A DNA stretch of 63,638 bases, counting the filler, from Choristocarpus tenellus KU-1152 (lineage: Eukaryota > Protista > Phaeophyceae): NCBI GenBank assembly GCA_964200185.2. It is 9 parts of 9 records of this genome, joined end to end, with 100 filler letters (N's around TTAATTAATTAA, not from the genome) between each part and the next. Parts side by side here need not be neighbours in the genome. Positions count along the whole stretch, not along the records: positions 8,552 to 17,085 come from CAXNAD020004612.1; positions 17,186 to 25,736 come from CAXNAD020004596.1; 7 more parts are not named here. The stretch is one strand, 5' to 3'. The notes below the pieces were generated by a model that worked only from the letters and a program-made list of their open reading frames with translations, ran no database searches and was not told where the DNA came from. Below are positions 10,690 through 23,928 of this stretch, one piece after another; positions within the stretch are counted from its first letter, which is position 1; every line of letters starts with the position of its first letter. Position numbers and translations under genes: made by a program.

Positions 10690-11448
10690 GTGATTGCTTT
10701 CCCAACCTCCAATAATTAAATGGACAAATTATTATTGTTTCGAATGTCTCACTACTGGAGTTTTGTTTTCCGCCTACTACAATCAACCTCTGCTATATAT
10801 TTTATTACTGTGGAAAATCATCAATCAACGACCCTATGTCAATAACATGCGAGGATGAAGATCACACAGCAACTTTAACTACGCAAATTGCGTTAGCTCA
10901 ATCGAACCATCCAACTACAACCCAACACGATTTCCAAACATCCAACCCTCTATACCCACTTAATTTCACTACTACAATGCAAATACTACACAAGGGTACA
11001 TTCCTTGGGCTATGTAGAACTTGATGTCCTTATTCCTTTTGAAACTCCAACTCCAACCCGTCTGCTTCCATCTTCAACCCACTCCACCCTACCTCAATAA
11101 CTTACTTTGAGTTAGTGTCGGATTTCTTTACCCCTTTAGAAATGACGGTAAAGTTAAACAAATCGGAAAGAGAAGAAACAGCTCTATAAAGGCCTACGTT
11201 CGTAAGGCAGGAGTTACTTGGTTTTATTCTGTATGTACTTGAGGCCTTCGGTGTGTACCAACGGGAGACACTAGAGCACATTTGGCATAACTTCTTCTCA
11301 GTCTACGGTGGAGAGTGTGTCATTCTAAGCTCCACTGTCCAAGTCAATCATCGGGAGCCCTTCTGCATCCATTAAAATTTGAACCTCTTCACGTGCTGCT
11401 TCCTCTGTGTGCTCCAACCTCCGAAGACCACGAGTTGAACGCCCCCCA

Positions 11449-11670
11449 GAGTGATAGTATCTTAGAGGGTACGAGATTTGCCCTGTTTGTCCGTTTGTGA
11501 CTTGACTTCCCATGAGTTTTTTTATTGACATTTAACCTTATGTAGAGGTGTGTCCCGAACAGGGATACTGAAAAACTCCTAACGAGCACGATAGCCAAAA
11601 TTACATCAAAATCGCACTTTGGATTTGGCCACAAACGAACGCGGCTCTGTCTTTAAATATACTTTGACTC
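11449..11670. mobile_element. MITE family B (GAG..CTC; Sola2-like)
   Basis: TIR gagtgatagtatcttagag / tttaaatatactttgactc; exact 4-bp TSD CCCA; homologous to 18763 and 19390. Confidence 0.88.
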
Positions 11671-12442
11671 CCCATACATTACAATAGATTGATCCCTCTC
11701 GGAGGGGCTGGACCCATCTGGCGTTAAGCACCAGACAGAGCAGGGAAGCAGAGGAGGGAGCGTGGATTGACTTTTCATGTCTTTGCATACATTGGGGATT
11801 GCTTTGTCGAAGTCAAGGTATGGCATCGAAATCTGACCTGTATGCGAATCATACTGAAATATAGTAGGACTTCATAGCGCCATTCTAGAAGTAGCTTCTT
11901 GCTTCTTTCGCTTCTCTTACATATACGACAACTCTAGATAGTGTTTCATACACAGTGTAATCCTCTACTGTTGTTGTGTTGTTGTACTTCGAAGTATTCT
12001 CTACTTAACGTTTATTCTTTTTCCGACATAGCATTCTCTCCAGCATGTGTAGTGGACATAACAATAAATATTATAGGTAAGACTCAAACTTCGAACAATT
12101 CGCAAAGAGAAAAATCAGACGGACAGACAGGAGTATTGGCCCTTATGGTGGTAAGTACAGGAGAAATGAAAAAGAGGCTGCATAGATAGCCAGTACCAGT
12201 TGTTTTTTTTTCACGATTTTATATTTGAGAAGAAGCATGCATGAGCACCCAGTTGAGCCTATGCACGAGGAAGAGGGTAGGTACTGGTAATGAGCTAAAG
12301 GAGGATCGTAACGTGTAGGTGGTATAAAGATGTCAATTGTATATTATAGGGCTCAAATCTTGAATAAGTGAGAGAGAGAGGAAAAGTCTCTCTAGGTCTA
12401 TAGAGCCCATAGTTTCCATATCCAAGCATTGGACCAGACCGA

Positions 12443-13545
12443 ACAAACAGACTGATAACTAAAGTATGTTTACCTTAGGGGAAACATCAATAATGATGCC
12501 ACCAATACTTCTGAGATTAGGTGGAGGATTCAGAAAGCTTGGAGTTGTTTCTGCAAATACAGACAGGTTCCTTATGACAGGACCTCAGGTTTCTCACTTC
12601 AGCTTATGATTTGAATGGCCAAAGCTGAAGTTCTTGAAGTTCTTCCGTATCTTTGTATGACGTGGACACTCCATCAGGCTCAAGATCTGAAGCTCCACTC
12701 CCATCATGACAAATTCCTCCTCTGCTGCATAGGTTTCTACAAGCGAGAACGCACTGATCATATCCTATCCTACAAAAATGGTAACATGAAGACTGTGCGT
12801 TGTTATGAGAGTATCGAGGCAACTGTGTGCGAGTGAGTGGAGGCTCCTATTTGCTGCGTCAGTTGACTGCATGAGAAGTGAGCGAGTTCCTAATATATTC
12901 ATGTTTGGGGAGCTTTCAGTTGGAAATTGGAATGAACGTGGACAGGAGAAGAAGTGGCATGCATACACCTAAGGCGACCTTGACAAGTTTGAGATAGTAA
13001 GTGAGGGGTTGAAGCACCTCTGTCTCTAACGAACAGGAGTGGTATGAGTGTGTGACTAGCAGCACAAGGAGGTTCACGGCTGAATGGCATTCCAAGGATG
13101 CTGTGATGGCTAGTGTATGTCACACAAAAAAAGCAGCCACTCTGGTGACCCAACCCACCAAAACTATCACCATTAGTGTCGACTGAACCCTATTTTCCCT
13201 TGGGGCCCATTTCTCGTGCATCCTCTGTTCGTTTTCTTCTGTCCCCCTTATTTTGTTTGAGTAACTGTTTTTCTTGTGTGGGTTCTATTCTACCTTTTAT
13301 TTTTTTTCTCTTAATATGCCGCTGTTTCCAAAGTTAACAAAATAACTAGAAAAGAACCCCCTCCAACTCCAAGTAACTCTATTGCTGATGTATTTAATGT
13401 ATTAAAAAAAACAAAAACACATCTACTTCCTGCTTCAACAACGTTTTTTTTTTCCTCGAGTAATTTGTGTTGCCTTCTTTGGACTACCTTTTCGACGAGT
13501 CTGTGATCTTACAGGACTAATGTGACAATAATAACAATAAAAATA
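12443..13545 (+). mobile_element. 5'-truncated, decayed RTE-clade LINE (RT C-terminal region, 3' UTR, (TAA/CAA)n tail)
   Basis: Broken frames read YVYLG..EIRWRIQKAWSCF..KAEVLEVLPYLCMTWT..HHDKFLLCCIGF, typical of the RTE RT thumb region; aataataacaataaaa tail at ~13527. Confidence 0.75.
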
Positions 13546-14228
13546 TAGCGAGGGGAATATATTTTTACCCCCCCCAAAAAATGGGTCCTTAAAATATTTG
13601 GACCCTTCCCATGTACGTACCGTGTAGAATCAAGTGATTCCTGTTCGTTCATCTGTGTCTGTCGGTCTATCTAGACATTACCAGTACCGACTCTCGTGCT
13701 CCTTCGTAGGATCGCCCACACTCCCACGTCCTCGTTCCAAAATGGGAAATTCCGAAGAAAAAGCTTACCTCCACCTTTTCTTTGGGTTCCTCTCGTGTAT
13801 GTGCCTTATGTACTCTATAACCAAGTAATTCCTGCTCTTATAAACCTACTTGTAAGTACTGTATATATCTAAGTACATGTTACCAGCACCAGTTCTCTTG
13901 CGCATGTACAGATAAAAGTCAACTAGTTACCTGATCTCGTCCTTGCAAATATTGTTTTCCCTCCCACTCGCTCATACTTGTTTCTGAAATAAAAAATCAT
14001 GAAAAACAAATCCAGAATCAACTCTATACAGCTGCCTTTCATCTCTCATTCACATACTGTTTATTCTAAAAGAAGTAATTCCTGTCCTTCCATCTGTCTG
14101 TCTGTGCATACGTTCCAGAACCAGGTCTGATTCTTTATCTCTAGGAGAGTTTCGTGAATGAGTTGGGCACTCATGTGGTATGGGGAAGAGGATCTACTTG
14201 TGAGATACACCTGGATTGGACTTGTCAA

Positions 14229-14389
14229 GGGTCAAAGTATCTGGGGGGGGGTGTCGGCGTCCGTTTTTCACTTTTTTGGTGCGATTTGGTCGCACGTGTC
14301 GGATTTGAAATATCAACAAAAAAAAGAGTTGTTTGACCAAAATGGACGCCCCCTCACAAATCACCCCCCCCCCACAGATACTTTGACCC
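14229..14389. mobile_element. MITE family A variant (GGG..CCC)
   Basis: gggtcaaagtatctggggggg / ccccccacagatactttgaccc; exact 4-bp TSD TCAA. Confidence 0.9.
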
Positions 14390-16762
14390 TCAACACGTTC
14401 GAGATCAGCAGTACCTGTAGCTGTGCAGTTCATACCTCTTCAAGAAGGGTGATGTGTTTCAAGTTAGAGACACCTACCTGCACCCTGTGGGCATGCGGGG
14501 GTCTTACAGACTATGTTTGGGGATCCTTCCCTCCTCACTCCTTGTCCGTATTCGTGTAGGTCTAGGATAAAGCCAAATATATAGTAGTAGTGTAGATAAT
14601 TTATGGTGTTTCCCTCACCTGAAACGTCTCCAGAACGTCAAAGGGCATAATAAACAATGGTATAGAGGGAGAACGTGGAAAACAGTGTACTATGTAAAGA
14701 ATGCGACAACACAACAATAGAGGGGAGAACTATGTTAAGCACTGACCAGAACTGAATATATTAAGTGTAAGTAGAAGACGACCACTAATAAAAGCAACTT
14801 GGAGACTGGGATTATGAGTCTTACTAATACTATTATCATAGCACCGTCTTTTTGAATGATGTAATAAGAATATTACACTATGCCCACAAGTTCGGGGAGG
14901 ATAGGCATATCCTCCATGAAATGTCGCCAGCATGCATCTATAGTAGGATAACTAGTGGTCACTCTCCTATCTGTATTGAGCCCCTTAGTCAGGGCCCTGG
15001 GATCATCCATCCACACCCTCCTCTCGACAGGAGTCCCTTCAGAAGACGTGGAAATAATTATTGGTCAAGGCTGGGTAGCCTGCGGGGGAACAACAACCGC
15101 TACACCTTACCCAGAGGTCCGCACCCTAGCAGCCCATGATGCCAGGATTACAGGAAGGAATAACACGAGATTGCCAGCTTCCTAAAACAGATCCGGTGCA
15201 ACTCTTTCGGGACACAATTTGGTCGGCCTACCTGACGATGCAGAACAATCGAGGGAACGTTCTTCGCTAGCTCTGGCCCGCCACCAGAGCCAATGTGGAC
15301 AAGGGCCAAATGCTTGGGCCTCCACACAACCCCTGGAACTAGTTCGCCAGATCCCTCCCATAGAGATTAGACTCAATGCCAGCAGATCCCTAGGGAGGGA
15401 CGGGGCCTCATCCAACAGGTGCCCAGTGGTTAGGTGCAGGAGGCATAATGTTGACACCTGACATGATCGTACCTGCCCTAGGGCAAGGGGACAGGTCTGC
15501 CAACACACACTGATAGTGAAGCATCTAGGTCAACTCTGCAAAGGAATGGGCATCGCTTGCACTGCGAAGGACGGTTAGCTTGTTCACAGGGGACCAGAAT
15601 TTCAGTATGGATGTGGTCTTCCGTGCTGGAGCACTTGCACACGCCGGATCAGCTCCCTACTGGGACAAAGGCCTCCTCCTGGATGTTACGTTTGCAGAAG
15701 AGCAAGCAGCCCCCTTCTACCCCACTCATCCACCAACAATGGTGTAGCTCCTGCTGCACCTGACACATTCGCAAAATGTGAGAAAGGATAATATAGTAAT
15801 ATTATATTACTGCTATTGTTACACTTGAAATAATGATGAGAAACGACAACACCTTTTCATGTAAATATCACATGGTGAGGAGGGAGAGTGGATGTGAGTT
15901 CATCATTCTTGACTGATTATCGTTTTGTGAACATTGAGGCGTTGTTCTGTTGAGACTGTCATAAACTCCGCCGGGAGATCATCTCATCCCATCACTTTTC
16001 TGTTTGATACATGGACATACTCTACTATGTAAAATCAATGATGTGACGTTAGTTTCCATAATAGTGACGCGCATTTAGAATATATATAGAACCAAATTGA
16101 AGTACATGCAAGAAATGAGAATTTCGTATCTTGTAAGTTCCACTCTATCGAACCATTTTAGATTATAGGTTAAACAAGAACATATTTTGTTTATTTTTCA
16201 TTTGAAAGATCAATAGAGTGTTCTTCAATATATATATACACTTCCGATTTTGGTAAGATGATACTTTCCTGGTTGTTGTTGCTTCATATCCATGATCAGT
16301 CGAGCTTTTCTAGGTTAATACACTTTGACATAGAACGACATTTATTTTTCGAGGTGTATGGTTTAAACCGTGTAGAGAGTAGTAGCATATATTTCCCCGA
16401 TGGTGTAATATTTAGAAAAAAAGAACCTAAACCTTCTCCTAATACTTCTACACACTTCAACGATACCACCCCACATCATCATTTCCAAAAAAACCCTTTT
16501 TGCTTCGACGAGGGAGTAGGACGCGAGATACAGGGGGTGCCAAGGTTGGACGGAAGCCACGGATCGAAATAGGAAGTGCAAGGTGATCAGTAGAAGATTG
16601 TAGCTGTTCTTTCAAGAGATACAGTAGTTCCATTGGTTCGTTGTTCTTTGAAGAACACGTACGCCTAGGTTCTTACTCCCAAACTGAATTACAAATACGA
16701 AACACATTGCACCAGGTCACGCACGCGAATAAGCAGCAATTCATTGTTGCAGAGAGAATACG

Positions 16763-16764
<2 letters not shown>

Positions 16765-16803
<39 letters not shown>
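16765..16803. repeat. (TG)n microsatellite; also (CA)n at 25694-25734
   Basis: Perfect dinucleotide runs. Confidence 0.98.
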
Positions 16804-16805
<2 letters not shown>

Positions 16806-18762
16806 ATGTTCTGTGTGTATGTGTCTGTGTCTTTCACTAGGGTCTCTCCGCTGCCCTTGGTCAGAGACACTGAACACTGAACTACTTCCCTCATACTACC
16901 TACTTTAACCACCTATGGCATTATGACTACTATATTGCATTGCCTCTGTTCATGCCTTACTTCTCACGTGCTGGGTTCAGACATCCCATAGCTTTTTGGT
17001 TCGGGCCCTCCCTCGAAACTTGTGCGAGACCTTCGGTATCGATCCGTATTGAATCCTTGCCAGGGACCCAAAGTATCTGGGAGGGNNNNNNNNNNNNNNN
17101 NNNNNNNNNNNNNNNNNNNNNNNNNNNNNTTAATTAATTAANNNNNNNNNNNNNNNNNNNNNNNNNNNNNNNNNNNNNNNNNNNNAAATGGACAGCCGCC
17201 ACCCCCTCCCAGATACTTTGAGCCCCATGAAAAATAAGATTCAGCACTGGCAACTGAGGGTGCACAGCCCTTTCTAGGAGAAGGGGAGTGTTGAAGACTG
17301 CCCTTCAGGAAAAATATTCCCACAAATGATAGGAGAGGAATGGTCGTGAATGCAGAGGATGGCATGAAGGCTAAACCTGACTCTACACCTTTTTGGAGTG
17401 GGGAAGCACCTCTGCTTGGGTACCAGGGCAAGAATATATTTCAGAAACCTGTATCACAGCTGGAGGTTGTGGGACTTTGTAAGGACTCTATGGACATTCG
17501 AGGCACTCGCCTAGAGGTGACACTGAGCAGCACTGTGTGGGCGAGCACTCCAATGATAAGTCCTACCCAGCGTCATTTCTAGGCTGACATCCCGCAGATC
17601 TGAAGATTGTCTAAGTCCCACAACCACCAGCATTGACATGGACTTGCGTAGGAGATGGTCTCCCTAGTACCTGAGCAGAGCCCTCTTCTCTCCACCACTG
17701 CAAAGGCGCAGGTTCAGGCTCAGCTGTCATGCCATCCTCTGCGTTTCCCCTCTTCCCCACCTCCCCCCCCCACACCGTTTACGAGGCTTTTTCCCCTCTG
17801 GGGCAGTCTCCTTGGAGGTTTGCACATGATCATATCAGGAATGGACTTCTTTCAAGCAGAGTTGTGTCGCATGGAAGGCTGCTTCCACATACTCCTATCC
17901 CATGGAGTTGCAATCCTTGGCACAACTTGAACTCTTTGACATTGAGCACCCATGCCATGTCCCTGGCCCAGGGTGGGGTGTTCAGCACTCCCTAAATGGT
18001 CAATACAAATAGCATTGCTGTGTGTATGGCGTTGGGGCCATTGGAAATTAATCCGGAACAAGGACGTGGTCTGTTGAAGATAACCTCTCGTGGCGGTGGT
18101 ATCACCCGAGCATCATTGGCGGATTTATTTTTAGCCATAGTCTCCACTCTACAAACTGCTCTACTGTTTTACAGGGTTATACATGATGGATGAAGTTGGG
18201 AGTGAGTGTATGATGGGTTGAGAGGGGAAGTGTTTGATGCAATTGCAAGAAGGCAGGACTAGTAGGCCTTCATGTGCGTATCTGTTTGTGTGTGTATTGC
18301 AGTGGCTCAACAAAGGTATAATATGTAGCTCAGGGCCTGCTGGGCAGTCTCTCCTAACAGCCAATCACCCTAAATCGTGAGAAGTCTAGACCGGTCGCAC
18401 TCATACCCGGAACTACTACTACAAATACTGCACACACTGTGTTGCTTGCAAGCATAGCAGGGATGGTGCTCGACCAGTGATCCAAGTATGCATTATTTAA
18501 CTTTACTCAGAAGCTGGTTTTCAACACTAGTGCGTCAGTGCAGCAATATTAATGCTATTGTTTACCCATGCTATAGTGTTGATTTGTTTTAAGTATAGCT
18601 CTGTATACGGCAGTGTTACACAAGGTTGCATGAGTTTACCTCTGCATTCTATTCACAACCTCAACATAACTCATCCTTCTATTGTGGGGAGTACTTTCAA
18701 GTATCAGGCTACTTCAATTTTTTTGCTGAAGGTAGAGCAGATAGTCTTCTACGACCAGATCC

Positions 18763-19020
18763 GAGTCAAAGTATCTTAGAGGGTAGAGCCACGTCCATTT
18801 GGGGGCCAAAACCCAATGTTGCGATTTTGATGTAGTTTTGGCTATCGTGTTTGTTAGGAAGTGTCAATACCCTTGTTCCGAACGCACCTTTTCATAACAC
18901 ATACATTTTACCTACTCCGAAACGTTTCGGAGTAGGAAACTGTCATAAAAATACCGTGGGAAGTCAAGTCCCAAATGGACAAACCGCGTAAAACTCGTAC
19001 CCTCTAAGATACTTTCACTC
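18763..19020. mobile_element. MITE family B
   Basis: TIR gagtcaaagtatcttagagggta / taccctctaagatactttcactc; exact 4-bp TSD ATCC. Confidence 0.92.
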
Positions 19021-19389
19021 ATCCACAATCTTCAGGATTGATGGCCTCTGTTCAGAATATCAATATATTAATCACTCTTCCTCCTTTTGGAAGGGATTGT
19101 ACTACGGAAATGCCAACTGTCACCTTCAAGGTGTAGAGGGTACATGTGTCCTGTATTATAGCCCTTGTCTATGTTTGTGATTTATTTGCTTGCGTATACC
19201 CGACTATGAGTTGAATACTATCTCAACACTTGGTCACACCCATTTCATATTGATATAACACCTGCAGTCGCAAGGGGATATGTTACACCAACTCAGCAGC
19301 TTATGCCCGGAGAGGTAGGCTTCCAGTCTCTTTTGGACTTATCGGGAGAGATGGAGGTGTCTAGGTCAGATACCACTTATTTCCACATT

Positions 19390-19648
19390 GAGTGAAAGTA
19401 TCTTAGAGAGTACGAGTTTTGCCCTGTTTGTCCATTTGGGGCTTGACTTCCCATGGGTCTTTTATGGAATTTTCCTACTCCAAAATGTTTAGGAGTAGGT
19501 AAAGTGTATATGTTATGAAAAGGTGTGTCCGGAAATATGGATATTTGGCACTTCCTAACAAACACGATAGCCAAAATTAAATTAAAATCGCAACATTGGA
19601 TTTTGCCCCCAAATGGACGCAGATCTACCCTCTAAGATACTTTGACTC
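19390..19648. mobile_element. MITE family B, opposite orientation to the 18763 copy
   Basis: Full-length reverse-complement homology to 18763-19020; TSD imperfect. Confidence 0.9.
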
Positions 19649-22218
19649 ACTTCAAGATGTGGTTCTTTCACTGTCTCAGCCATTTGGACAATTATCAACT
19701 GCAGTGTGGGTCCAAGTTCTGACTGATGCACCACTACGCGACCAATGCACTTCTTGGTGGTGATGTGCTCGGAGTAGGTAGAGCATATCTTTTTGGCACA
19801 TGAGTCTTTCCTATAAAACCTCACCTCAAGACTACGGTGGATCATGTTTCGTTTGCCCCACAGTCGATCTCTTGGCAGAGAAGAGGTTTCCCAAAGGTGG
19901 ACCAGTGATCATGGTGCTTTCTTGTGCATACCCTCCCCCTCGTTGAGAACAACTACCAGGGAACCGTTGGAAGCACTGGTCCGTCGTCCAAAGCAGGAGA
20001 TATGATGGGATACCATCCTAGTTCTCTGGTCTAAAGCAGGCTATATTAGGTTGCCTCAGCATGACAGAGGATACTGGTGGATGGTGTACAGACGTTTTTG
20101 GTTTCAACTAGAGTCCATAGTGGAGAAATACGTCACTACCTGTACAGCACCCTGAAGCACAGGAGCACTCAGATTACTTTGTGTGGAGGGTGATTCAGTA
20201 CAAGTAATAACCACCAGAAAAGAACCAACTTTGGTGTGAGAAGAATCGATTCTCGTTATGAGCAATATCTCTCACACCTCAGCCTTGTACACTTCTTGAA
20301 TTGTATCTACCTGAAGCAACTCCGCTACAAACTCACCACACCACAACAACAGTAGCTTGACCAGCTTCTCCAGACCTGGCTCCCCGTAAAAAAGAGGAGT
20401 GGACCATGTGGAACTACTCTTATCGAGCCAAAGTAAACGAGAGGTACCCAGTTTTGGGGCGTTTTGCAGTATAAGTCAGTTTTTCATTCTTTTGTAATTC
20501 GTCCATACTTCTATGGATGAAGCGCTAAATTTGACTTGAGAGAGTTAATGTCTCTATTGTTTGACATTTTTTTACATAATTCGAAAAATATCCTTCACGC
20601 ACGTATAAAACAAAAAAACACCTATTGGGCGGGCATCCTTAGATACAGTGCAACTCTGGATACCTCTGGTTTACTTTGAATCAGTATCATTGGCAGTGCT
20701 TACCACCTTCAGAACAAGTTGCTTGTTACGCAACATCTACTTTTGAAACCTCTGATCCTATTTAACAGAGACATTGTATTCTTATCCACAAGGGTCACCC
20801 CTCCGTCTTCTAACGGTGGGTGGATGCGCATCCAACAAGCAACTAGACCAGCTTTACAGGGTCAACATTCCCCAACAAAAAATAGATACACCAAAAATAT
20901 AGTGGAAAGTAGTTACGAAGACCTAGCTAGGGCTGGAATTTGGATGAATTTCGCATGTCTACTCAGACCTTTCAAGCTTACCATTCCTTATTAACTGATT
21001 TATCCAATCAGAGTCAAATGCCATCTAGCATTATCTGCTCATTGTCTGACCTACAAGGTACGCCATTTTCTTATTTGGACACATTTGCTCCATAATCTCT
21101 CTTGGTATTAACCCCGCCAAGAGTTTTTCTGATTGCTGTATACTGCCAGCAACCTTTCATATTCAAACCTAACAGGGCATGCTCGAAGGATGTGCTCTAG
21201 TATGTACGCGAAAGCTACCAGAGTACAAGCATATAGGATCATAAGCATCGCTAAGAATTTGCAGATATCTCACTCTTTTCCAAGGTAATGGTAAGAACTC
21301 TTGAGTCAGATTCTGAACCCCAAGCTATATCTGGTCCATGCACCAGAAGTACAAAGTTCTTAGCTTCCTGTGCAATCATGGAATACTTCAGGTATTGGAA
21401 CCTACTACGAGGTGAAACAAGGTCACCATATATTTTCTCGTAGAGGTTGCTGAATAATCAATATGGTGTTCCTCCTCTCGTGCTTTTAGTCACATCGAAG
21501 AATCCTCATGCTATCTCTATCATGCTCGTAACGAAACCTCGACCCCACACCCTCTTCACTACCATCCTCATTGGTAAAGTGGATCCATGTCCCTTTTTCT
21601 CAATCGTAGCAGTGAAGACCTCCTGAGAGCTAGCACGCAAATAATGTAGATGTGAACTCACGAAAGTACACAATGGTGCCATTTTGTATGATTGATAAGA
21701 CGAGACAGGAAAACTCGCATCTTACACAGACCAGTAACCTCAGTTTGACCGGAAGGGGCTCTGACTCACGCACTTGGTAATTTCTCAGGTAGAACAATAC
21801 TACCACTACTCACTATTTTATTTATACTAGTACATAATAAGATCAAAGGGACTTGTGTTCACAGTATTACACCCGAGTATTTTATTTGATGACTTTGAAT
21901 CCAAGTTCTACCTTCTACATCGCATATTATAATGCATTATATGGGCAGTCCAGTTATTATACTACGTAAGTGTTGTGCAGAGTTAAGACAGTAACAGCAG
22001 TCAGTGCTATCTTATTTTCCACTAACATTCTTTCTCTAGTACATACATAGTATGCATAGGGTCAAATCTCCGTTCAAAACAACATATATGTGTAAGTGTC
22101 AACGGTGCCAAGTTCTCTGCTCAAGGGGGCAATCACAATCACCGGACTGAAACTCCTTCACCTCAGAGAGAGGGTGAGACCGAGTTTCAAAGGCCTTGGG
22201 TCAACATCTCAGAACAGA

Positions 22219-22339
22219 TAACAGCCGATTTCAAAAATTGAGGATGGAGCTTTTCATTGAGGATTGACTTGACCCAAAATTGACTGGGATAAAGTGTCGA
22301 TATGTTGTTTTCATCCTCAATTTTTGAAATCGGCTGTTA
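22219..22339. mobile_element. 121-bp MITE-like element with a perfect 28-bp inverted repeat
   Basis: taacagccgatttcaaaaattgaggatg (22219-22246) / catcctcaatttttgaaatcggctgtta (22312-22339). Confidence 0.7.
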
Positions 22340-22405
22340 GATGAGGAAATCCAGTACAGACCAAAAACCTTAAAACACAACAGAAGTTCCCGAATGACTG
22401 AGCAA

Positions 22406-22722
22406 CGTCACAACAGCAAAGAAATGGATCGGTCAGAATCGGAATGATTCTTCGTTCTTATAGTCCATTTTGGGTGTTTGTTCAAATCCGGATTTATCGG
22501 CGTGGTTGGTTTATTGGACTGGTCGGTACGGAAGAGCTCAAAGGACGTGGTTGGCGCGCGCAATTGTATATGACCGCGCGTCTTAAACATAACTTGTGTG
22601 TATACACATATGTATATAGTTTTCATTGGTTTCCCCCTGACACATCTGCAAAATGTCAGAGGGCATAATAATAAAAATAACTTGTGTGTCGGAGATCCGA
22701 AAAAAGGAACCTGTCCCTGACA
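22406..22722 (+). mobile_element. Probable solo LTR (ends CCCTGACA) interrupted by a short retroposon; second, uninterrupted copy at 52240-52444
   Basis: The two dispersed copies share ggcgcgcgcaattgtat..gaccgcgcgtctta..aaaaaggaacctgtccctgaca. Confidence 0.65.
22602..22680 (+). mobile_element. Short non-LTR retroposon 3' end (hairpin + (TAA)n tail) with a 13-bp TSD
   Basis: Flanked by ataacttgtgtgt at 22589-22601 and 22677-22689; absent from the 52240 copy of the host repeat; other copies at ~14600-14655, 58432-58606, 58625-58718, 58949-59143. Confidence 0.8.
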
Positions 22723-23799
22723 TACAATGCAACTATATACCGACCCCGTCTAAACACAGTGGCAACATGATCAATGCTTCATTCTTCGCATATTATTGTT
22801 TTTTTCAAGTACAAATTAGGGTGTTGCCCTGTCCTCCATACTCGTTCACTTCTTCTATCGAAGTATTTTTCTCCAAAAGTTTCTGTCCCATCAACATGGA
22901 GCTACACTGCCAATGACAGGCACTACTACTGGTGTTCCCTCTTGCCATCATGGTGTAACTAATGCGGGTTGAGGTTTGAATGTTTTTGCACCAGGAATCA
23001 TGGGTGCCCTTGAAGCCTCAGCACTCGAAGTATGGACAGCATGCACGTAATTTTCTTTTCAACAGCCGTTGGATCAAAAGTTGCAATCCAGTGGAGAGCA
23101 TGCTTCTTGAAGCATAATCTATTTCATAATACATCGTACTAGTAGCGCGTTTGTATTGCTCTCTCTTCACTTCACCCAGCAGCGAGGACGAAAATATCAA
23201 CTAGTGAAACATCTGTACAAAGCACGACTCATTGCTCTGAAATACAAAGTTGGAGCTATCAGCCCGAGGAAAGAGAGAGCACCAAAGACAAACATGTCTT
23301 GTGTCATTTTCAAGGGAGGAGGTCAAACATTGCCAGCCGACAAGATCATCCCTGCCTGAACATCATGCTGCACCCAAATGTTGCGAGTGGAGAGAGTGGC
23401 CGTAGTGCTTGGCAGAGTCGTATTGTTGTACAAGGCACCTAGGCCACTTTAAACAAAAGTGTTCAGTTAGAGATCAATGATGAACAGCTCTAGAGCCGCA
23501 TGCATGGACATACTAACACATCTACCTGCACAAATCGCACGAGTGCGAACACATCTGTATAATCCAACCTTCCGCACTCATACTCTGTGTCACACTGAAC
23601 ATGTAAAAGTAGAGAGTTCCATGCTACACTCACCCCCACCTTCCTTCATAATACAGATACACTAGTCCAAAGCCCTCGAGAACTGTACCTTTCCTGATGA
23701 AACCGTCCTTGATCATCAGTTATTTCTTGTGAACGAAGGGTACCGAAAGAAGCAAGGGAGTATCGGAACTGAACCACGATTGCAATACAAAACTAGACC

Positions 23800-23928
23800 C
23801 TATATCTGTCCAAAATTTTGGTGTCCTGTTGCTCTAGCATGCTCAAGTGCTCCATCCTGCCCTTGCAACCCCTTGTGGCACACCATACACTTCAGATCAC
23901 AGGTACCCATGTCAGTGAACTGCTTGCG
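23800..23928 (-). CDS. OTU1: Last exon of an OTU1/YOD1-like deubiquitinase (C-terminal C2H2 zinc finger)
   Basis: cag|RKQFTDMGTCDLKCMVCHKGLQGQDGALEHARATGHQNFGQI* matches the QFTD..L.C..C...L.G...A..HA..TGH.NF.E consensus; upstream exons not located. Confidence 0.85.
   Translation of the reverse strand, partial: RKQFTDMGTCDLKCMVCHKGLQGQDGALEHARATGHQNFGQI

Noticed and set aside
14930-18400. GC-richer segments with scattered Cys/His and broken ORFs
   Set aside because: Probably decayed retroelement sequence, but no diagnostic motif could be read.
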